This document shows, piece after piece, positions 58,401-64,000 of a DNA stretch of 64,000 bases; positions within the stretch are counted from its first letter, which is position 1; each line of letters begins with the position of its first letter. The DNA is taken from positions 1 through 64,000 of the IMG/VR virus record IMGVR_UViG_2784746770_000001; one strand, 5' to 3'. Source of the stretch: a virus. Its lineage: Duplodnaviria > Caudoviricetes. The position numbers and the translations under genes were made by a program. Under the pieces are notes generated by a model. That model had not been told where the DNA came from, did no database searches, and saw only the letters and a list, made by a program, of their open reading frames with translations.

Positions 58401-58718
58401 ATGAACACCCTCAACACCCTCGCCTTTGCCTCGGGAGTTGGCGCCTTCCTGCCGCTCCTGACCGCGGTCGTGCAGCAGCCCTTCTGGTCGGCCCGGGCCA
58501 AGCGGATCGTGGCCGTCGTCGTCGCTCTGCTCGCCGGCGTCGTCACCGTCGCCAGCACGGGTGGCATCGAGCAGTTCACCCACGGCCTGCCCACGCTCGG
58601 CACGATCGCGGCGGTCCTGGCCGCCTCGCAGGCCGCGCACGACCTCGTCTGGAAGCCGAGCACGATTACGGCCAAGATCGAGTCCGTGACGAGCCCGAAG
58701 CCGGGCACAACGGCCTAA
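58401..58718 (+). CDS. Putative holin
   Basis: Three hydrophobic segments; LPLLTAVVQQP.WS...K; AAGGA RBS. Confidence 0.7.
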   Translation: MNTLNTLAFASGVGAFLPLLTAVVQQPFWSARAKRIVAVVVALLAGVVTVASTGGIEQFTHGLPTLGTIAAVLAASQAAHDLVWKPSTITAKIESVTSPKPGTTA

Positions 58719-58732
58719 TCGGTCCGCTGAGG

Positions 58733-58756
58733 CCCGCGCCCGGTCTCGGGCGCGGG
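58733..58756 (+). terminator. 10-bp stem-loop after the holin
   Basis: CCCGCGCCCG-GTCT-CGGGCGCGGG. Confidence 0.55.
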
Positions 58757-58765
58757 TATCATCCC

Positions 58766-58981
58766 CGCGAAGGTGAAGTGGCCTCGCTGCCGCCGATCCC
58801 GCCGTTGAAGACAGCGCCTCGTACCTTTCTGGGGGCCCTCCGGGGGCCCTGGCCGACGCGAGGAAGAGCGAATCGAGTCCACTCCGCGCCTAACCGGCGC
58901 CGAGGGCCGGGGAGCCAATCGCTCTGGCGATGAGCCGGCACACGGAGGGGTCGGTCGCAGCGGGGCCACTTCACCTTCGCG
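58766..58981 (+). ncRNA. Putative ~215-nt structured RNA or structured 5' leader
   Basis: 38-bp closing helix with three G.U pairs on the + strand; internal hairpins; TATCAT -10-like box at 58757-58762. Confidence 0.55.
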
Positions 58982-59028
58982 CACCGGCGTCCCGCCGGCA
59001 CACGCATGACTCAGGAGGACGCGCCGGA

Positions 59029-59655
59029 ATGGTGGCATCGCAAAAGGCCCTCCCCGCAGGCGAGGCGAGGCCGGACCACGGCGAGCGCCCGAAGCCCCGA
59101 CGGTGGAAAGACCCAGAGCCGGAGGCCGTTGCCGCCCGGACTGCCGAGCTGGTGCAGATCAGCAAGCACAAGGACCGTCTCAAGCAGGTCGAGCGCCTAG
59201 CGCCCCACCTTGTCCAGTTCCTCACTGTCACCGCCCTCCCGTGGGAGAAGCGGCCCGCCGACTATGAGGTTCAGGCCCTGGCCTTCCGCTCGCCCGAGCT
59301 TGCCCGGACGGTTCGTCCGACTCTCGCAGCCATCGCCCGAGAGCCGGAAAAGTACCTGCCGCAGGGGCCGGAGGAGCCCAGCAAGCGTCACCGCAACCGG
59401 ATCACCGAGCTGCGCAGTCGCGCCCTGGTGGAAGACCGGCTGGTGTACCGAGTGCAGGCTGCCGAAGCGGCCAAGCGCGGCGTCTTCTTGCCGGAGTTCA
59501 ACCCCCGAGGGCGCGCTCGCCAGCGACTCGCGGCCGAGCACCCGGAGCGCTTCCTCGAACTCGTCCGGGAAGAGGAAGCCGCCCAGGCGAAGAAGAACGA
59601 AGTCGAGCGCCGCGAGCGTGCGGCAGCTCGGCGGGTCGACCGAACGCCGTCCTGA
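59029..59655 (+). CDS. Hypothetical basic helical protein (~208 aa)
   Basis: AGGAGG RBS; no family recognised. Confidence 0.65.
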   Translation: MVASQKALPAGEARPDHGERPKPRRWKDPEPEAVAARTAELVQISKHKDRLKQVERLAPHLVQFLTVTALPWEKRPADYEVQALAFRSPELARTVRPTLAAIAREPEKYLPQGPEEPSKRHRNRITELRSRALVEDRLVYRVQAAEAAKRGVFLPEFNPRGRARQRLAAEHPERFLELVREEEAAQAKKNEVERRERAAARRVDRTPS

Positions 59656-59674
59656 TCGACCCGCACCCTCATGA

Positions 59675-60350
59675 AGGCGTACCCCCTACCGCGGGGGTAC
59701 GCCTTCGTCGTTCACGTACGGCTTCGCTTCTGGGTACGGCTTCGCTTCTGGGTACGGCTTCGCCTTCGGGTACGCCTTCGCCTCTGGGTACGGCTTCGCC
59801 CGCTGGTACCCCTTCGCCTTCGGGTACGGCTTCGCCTTCGGGTACGGCTTCGCCTTCGGGTACGGCTTCGCCTTCGGGTACGGCTTCGCCTTCGGGTACG
59901 GCTTCGCCCTCGGGTACGCCTTCGGCCTCGGTACGTCTTCGTCGTTCACGTACGCCTTCGCCTCCGGTCCGGGTACGGCTTCGCATATTCGCAGGTCAGA
60001 TGGGGCGTACCTCGATGTACGCCTTCGAAGCTATCTCCAGACGTACGCCCCGTACGGATGACTGCGGAGCCTGCCATGTACGCCGGCCTTCCCCCGTGAA
60101 GGCGTACCCGCACGGACAGCAAGGCGTACCCCTACGTCTGGCCTGCACCGGCGCCCCGTACGCCTTCACGTGCACGGGTACGCCTTGGGCTCGGGGCCAA
60201 GGCGTACCCGTACGTCTTCGGGGCGTACCTTCCGGGAGGGCATGTACGCCTTGAGGGCGCACCGAGTCGTACCTTGGCGGAGAGAGATGGGCGTACATAC
60301 GCCGGAGGTTCAGGGCGTACGTACGCCTTCCCGGCAGGCGTACGTACGCC
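59675..60350. repeat. GTAC-dense array: 18-bp tandem repeats (GGGTACGGCTTCGCCTTC consensus, ~59695-59985) followed by dispersed GTACGCC/GGCGTAC sites in both orientations
   Basis: About 36 GTAC counted by hand in ~670 bp between convergent genes. Confidence 0.9.
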
Positions 60351-60453
60351 CTGAGCTCTCCGACGGGCGACGTGACGTGACGTGACGGGGCCGGATCATC
60401 ACGTCCCCCGGCCGCCCCGGAGGGACGGTTGCCGGAGCGCGAGGTGCGTCACG

Positions 60454-61857
60454 TCATGAGGTGGTCGGGCTTGGCACGATGGCGGCCTCGATCGCCTCGA
60501 TGTTGCGCGCCGGGACGTACATGCCGACGCTGCCGTACAGCTCCGCGGCCGCTGTCTGCCCTCTGGTAGTCATCGCGTCGAGGGTGGCCTGGCGGTGCTC
60601 CGCGATCAGTTTCTGCAGCCTGACCTGAGAGGTGATCTGCTTCAGGTCGGTCACCCCCTTCGGCAGGACCGAAGCGAGGTGTTCGTGGATCTCCTTGCCG
60701 AGCATGTCGGCCTGGAGCCGCGCCTCGATGAGCATCCTCGCCCGCGCCCTGTCCTGGGGGGTTTCCCGTTTCGGCGGAGCCTTCGGCGTCTTGGCCTTGC
60801 CGATGTCTTCCAGGGCCAGGGCGACGGCGGAGTTGGCGTTGACCTGGCCCCACGGGGAGGTGACGACGATGCGCTCCAGGGCCGCCGCGCCGAACCGGTC
60901 GCGGATGCCGGTCAGGGCCTCCTTGTCGGTCCGGGCGTCGTCGAGGAGCTTCTGGACTAGGGCGGGATCGGGCAGAGACGGCTCCTCCGCCTCATCCTCG
61001 GCGTCCGGGCGATCGCCGGCGGGTTCCTCCTCGCCGAGGTCGTCCTCCGCGGGCTCTTCCTCGCTGAGGTCGCTCTCGGAGGGGTGCAGCGTCGGCGGTA
61101 CGGCCCACGGGTCGTTCTCCGGGTCCGGGGTCCGGTTCTCCAGAGTCATCTGCGCCAGGAAGGCTTCGTGTGCGTCCGCGCGTGCCTGCTCGCGTTCGGC
61201 GATCTCGTCGGCCAGTTCGCGGCCGCGCCGGAGGACGTACTTCTCCAGCGTGATCTCGGGCTCGTCGGGGATGCGCGCCTGGAGCATTCCGTTGTCGGCC
61301 GCGACGTTGAGCACTTCGTGCAGCGCCTCGCGGCTGTACCAGACGTCGGGCCGACGAAGCCTGGCGAGGTAGGTGTCGATCGGGGAGCTCACGGCCGTCG
61401 GGTGGTCGCGGTCTCCGTCGTCCAGGTCGCCGGGCCGGACCTCGATCTTGAACGCCTGGAGCAAGGCGTACTTCTCAGCAGCGGTCATCGCCTTGTTCGA
61501 CGCCTTGTCGGAGACGTCGAACGCCTCGCCCACCGTGACGATTCCGGTGTCCATGACGTCGCCGGACGGGCCGCGGACGGCCCATCGGACCTGGATGATC
61601 GTCACGTTCATCTTGCCGCGGCTCTGGTGCTCTCTGCTGATGATCTCGGCGGGGAAGATCCGCAGGCCGTACTTCCGCATCGGGCCGGAGCAGGCCCGGA
61701 TCACGTCCTCCGCTTGGCGGAAGTTGTACTTCTGGTCCTGGTTGGTGCCGTCCTTGCCGATCGGCGCGATCTCTCGCTGAGCGGCGATGAACGCCTTGTC
61801 GACCGACCACGACGTCAGCTCGTCGAGGTCCGGCATGTCGAGAGTGGATTCGGCCAC
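60454..61857 (-). CDS. ERF-family ssDNA-annealing protein with long C-terminal extension
   Basis: IGKDGTN..QKYNFR..EDV, GEAFD.SDKA.NKAMT.A.KYALLQ.F.I. Confidence 0.85.
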   Translation of the reverse strand: MAESTLDMPDLDELTSWSVDKAFIAAQREIAPIGKDGTNQDQKYNFRQAEDVIRACSGPMRKYGLRIFPAEIISREHQSRGKMNVTIIQVRWAVRGPSGDVMDTGIVTVGEAFDVSDKASNKAMTAAEKYALLQAFKIEVRPGDLDDGDRDHPTAVSSPIDTYLARLRRPDVWYSREALHEVLNVAADNGMLQARIPDEPEITLEKYVLRRGRELADEIAEREQARADAHEAFLAQMTLENRTPDPENDPWAVPPTLHPSESDLSEEEPAEDDLGEEEPAGDRPDAEDEAEEPSLPDPALVQKLLDDARTDKEALTGIRDRFGAAALERIVVTSPWGQVNANSAVALALEDIGKAKTPKAPPKRETPQDRARARMLIEARLQADMLGKEIHEHLASVLPKGVTDLKQITSQVRLQKLIAEHRQATLDAMTTRGQTAAAELYGSVGMYVPARNIEAIEAAIVPSPTTS

Positions 61858-61973
61858 GGGTGACCGCCTTCCTGGTTCTGGGGACCGAGCGTCCCGGCTC
61901 GCTCTTGCCGGGGCATGGTGCGCTGGGCGGACCCCTAAGATCGCGCCCTAACTCGGTGTACAGTTTACCACTC

Positions 61974-62405
61974 TTAACGGCTGTGAGGTGGGGTGAACAG
62001 GCCGCTGACGGGGGCTTCCTGCGCCGGGTCCAGCAGCTCCTCGGCGTGCCGCCGGTACCAGGCGTCCAGTGCGCCGGCCGCGTCCGCCTCGTCTTCGGCG
62101 GACTCCGGAAGGGCCTCTGCCCACTGGAGCGTTCCGGCCTCGTACTGGCGGCGCAGCGTCTCCGCGTCACGCTGCGTGTGGTCCGCCAGCTCCTCCCACG
62201 ACGTTCCGTTCAAGAACTCGGCCCGGATCGTCCAGTCGAGCGCTTCCATGGAGAGCACCCGCAGACGACGGGCTGCGCGGAGCCGATCCTTGGCGGACGC
62301 CGGCGATGAGGTCTCGCCGACCATGGCGCGGGCGAGATCTGCTGTGGCGCGGGCGGCCTGGGCTGCGGCGAGACGGGCTGCGGCAACCTGGCGGCTGGGG
62401 TTCAT
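61974..62405 (-). CDS. Hypothetical protein with HTH-like segment
   Basis: GTSWEELAD...DAETLRRQY; LD.WY.RH. Confidence 0.65.
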   Translation of the reverse strand: MNPSRQVAAARLAAAQAARATADLARAMVGETSSPASAKDRLRAARRLRVLSMEALDWTIRAEFLNGTSWEELADHTQRDAETLRRQYEAGTLQWAEALPESAEDEADAAGALDAWYRRHAEELLDPAQEAPVSGLFTPPHSR

Positions 62406-62492
62406 CGGTAGTGATCCGATCCGTGAGGAGAACGAAGCGGCGGGCGCCCCGAGGATACGGGGCGCCCGCCTTAGTGAATGGGAAGCCGCAGG

Positions 62493-63614
62493 TCAGCCGA
62501 CGCTTGCGAGCATCTTCTCGTCAGCGCCTTCGGCCGCCTGGCCCTCCTGTTGCTCTCGCGCGAAGCGCGCTTCGAACTCGGGCCGGATGTAGTTCCGGCC
62601 GCTCGCCGGGTTCTTGCCCAGGCGCAGGCCGAGCTTGGTGCCGTTGAGGTCGCCGCCCTGTCGGAAGCGGTGCTCCTCGCCCGCCAGCATGGCTTCGCGC
62701 CACTCCTTGTACAGGAGCTCCTTGCGCTCCTCGATGGGCAGGTCCGGACGCAGCTCCACTGTGCTGCCTTCCTTCGGCGCGGGCGGCTGCTGCGCGGGCA
62801 CAGGAACCGCGGCAGGAACACCCGTCGGCACAGGCCCCTCGGCAGGCGTGGCCTCCGCAGTCGACTGCTGCTCGGGAGACTGAGCGGGGGGAGGGGTGGG
62901 CGCCTTGGCCGGGACAGCCTCCAGGTTCGGCTGCTGCGCGGGAACTCCGCCCTGCCCGACCCACAGCGGCGTCCGCTTCCGGGGGGCGTCGGGCTTCCGG
63001 CGCCGGGCGGCCTCCTTGGTCTCGACCGGCACGGAGGGGACCACCGTGGCGCCCGAGGATACGACGGCGGCCGTGCCGGTGGAGTCGGACCAGTCGGATC
63101 CGGCGCCGTTCTTCCGGACGAAGCCGCTGATGTGGAGCCCGAAGGAGCCGCCGAGCGGGACCATGGCCGCCACGGCGCTGCCGACGCCGTACACCCACAT
63201 CTTGTGCTGGACCATCACGGCCGGCGCCTTGCCGGAGGCGAACCACTCGGAGAGCGCCACGACCGCGTGCCCGACGTTGGCGGCCACCGAGATGCACAGC
63301 AGGAACCCGAAGATCGCCCACAGGCTCCAGTAGTACCCGGCCTCCTGGCCGTCGGGGGTGCGCTTGCGGATCGAGGTGACGGCCCCGGCGTTGAAGGCGA
63401 GCAGTATCTCCAGCGACCCGGCCATCGCGGCGGCCGCGAACGAGGGGAAGCCGATCAGGGTTCCGGCCCAGTGGAGCTGGTACAGGGAGGCGAGCATCAT
63501 GCCGAAGCTCGCACCGGCCGCGCCGAGTCGGAGGTTGCGGTGCCAGTCACGCAGTTCGCGCTCGCCTTGCGTGATCTCCCGCAGAACGGTCTTCGGGTTC
63601 CTGGATGCGGCCAC
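62493..63614 (-). CDS. SpdB/DUF2637-like membrane protein with C-terminal HTH-like segment (plasmid spread type)
   Basis: About four TM helices (S...L..AG..GF, ISVAANV.HA, A.VP), Pro/Ala linker, NGTKLG.RLG; AGGAAGGA RBS. Confidence 0.6.
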   Translation of the reverse strand: MAASRNPKTVLREITQGERELRDWHRNLRLGAAGASFGMMLASLYQLHWAGTLIGFPSFAAAAMAGSLEILLAFNAGAVTSIRKRTPDGQEAGYYWSLWAIFGFLLCISVAANVGHAVVALSEWFASGKAPAVMVQHKMWVYGVGSAVAAMVPLGGSFGLHISGFVRKNGAGSDWSDSTGTAAVVSSGATVVPSVPVETKEAARRRKPDAPRKRTPLWVGQGGVPAQQPNLEAVPAKAPTPPPAQSPEQQSTAEATPAEGPVPTGVPAAVPVPAQQPPAPKEGSTVELRPDLPIEERKELLYKEWREAMLAGEEHRFRQGGDLNGTKLGLRLGKNPASGRNYIRPEFEARFAREQQEGQAAEGADEKMLASVG

Positions 63615-63771
63615 GGCGCAGAGTCCTTCCTGAGCGACTGCCAGAGCCCTCGCTCTTGAGCGTCTGGTCGCGCGCAGTCTAGATCAGATTGCCGGGTCTC
63701 TGCCGGAACACGGCATGCCGAACCGGGGCCCGGCGGCGAACTGCCCGCCGAGCCCCGTTCCGTTGCCGTCG

Positions 63772-64000
63772 TCACCAGCGGATCGGCTGCCGCCGGTCCT
63801 CTCCGACCATCTTGAAGTGGGCCGCCTGGCTGCCCATCCGGGACGCGAACCGTTCACCCAGGACCTCGGCAACCTGATCGAAGGACAGGTTCGTGGTGAA
63901 CAGGGTCGCCCGGCCGCTGTGCAGGCGGGCGTTCAGCAGCTCCGCCGTCTCGGTCCGCACGAAGGTCGTGGCGTACTCGTCCAGCTCGTTGCACAGGTCG
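63772..64000 (-). CDS. 3' part of a DnaC/IstB-like AAA+ ATPase
   Basis: DL..E, LLNAR...ATLFTTNL, LGER.ASRM, G.DRR. Confidence 0.82.
   Translation of the reverse strand, partial: DLCNELDEYATTFVRTETAELLNARLHSGRATLFTTNLSFDQVAEVLGERFASRMGSQAAHFKMVGEDRRQPIRW

Noticed and set aside
59695-59985. CRISPR- or TIGR-like array
   Set aside because: Units abut with no unique spacers, and no cas or Nop-domain gene was recognised
59669-60099. Repetitive ORFs across the tandem array (VRLRLR, PEGEAV, KAKPYP)
   Set aside because: An 18-bp period keeps several frames open; conservation centres on the GTAC nucleotides and continues in both orientations
60369-60387. CGTGA pentamer repeat
   Set aside because: Only three or four units with no supporting context

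Overview
High-GC (about 72% by eye) actinomycete DNA, most likely Streptomyces, that appears to be part of a large temperate phage-plasmid or prophage. Left (1-12.1 kb): an Xre/DUF397 regulatory pair, small accessory genes and a complete FxLD-type class I lanthipeptide cluster (precursor, LanB, LanC, FxlM). Middle (12.3-58.7 kb): a siphovirus-type virion region with a portal-MuF fusion, a ~6056-aa polyvalent DarB-like methyltransferase/SNF2-helicase protein that contains an overprinted TnpV-like gene, a prohead protease fused to a 2H phosphoesterase, an HK97-type capsid, neck genes, major tail protein, a ParA cassette flanked by long perfect palindromes, a frameshifting tail chaperone, tape measure, tail-tip genes and holin-like genes. 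No terminase, endolysin or integrase was recognised in the window. About 14 copies of one promoter-like motif (GACRYAA...YANNNT) precede virion genes. Right (58.7-64 kb): a probable ~215-nt structured RNA, an unknown gene, an array with ~36 GTAC sites including 18-bp tandem repeats, and minus-strand ERF, SpdB/DUF2637-like and DnaC-like genes. The best candidate for a new system is a protease-processed capsid cargo (2H enzyme, MuF, giant polyvalent protein) marked by shared ExK motifs. All family calls come from motif recognition by eye; no database searches were run.
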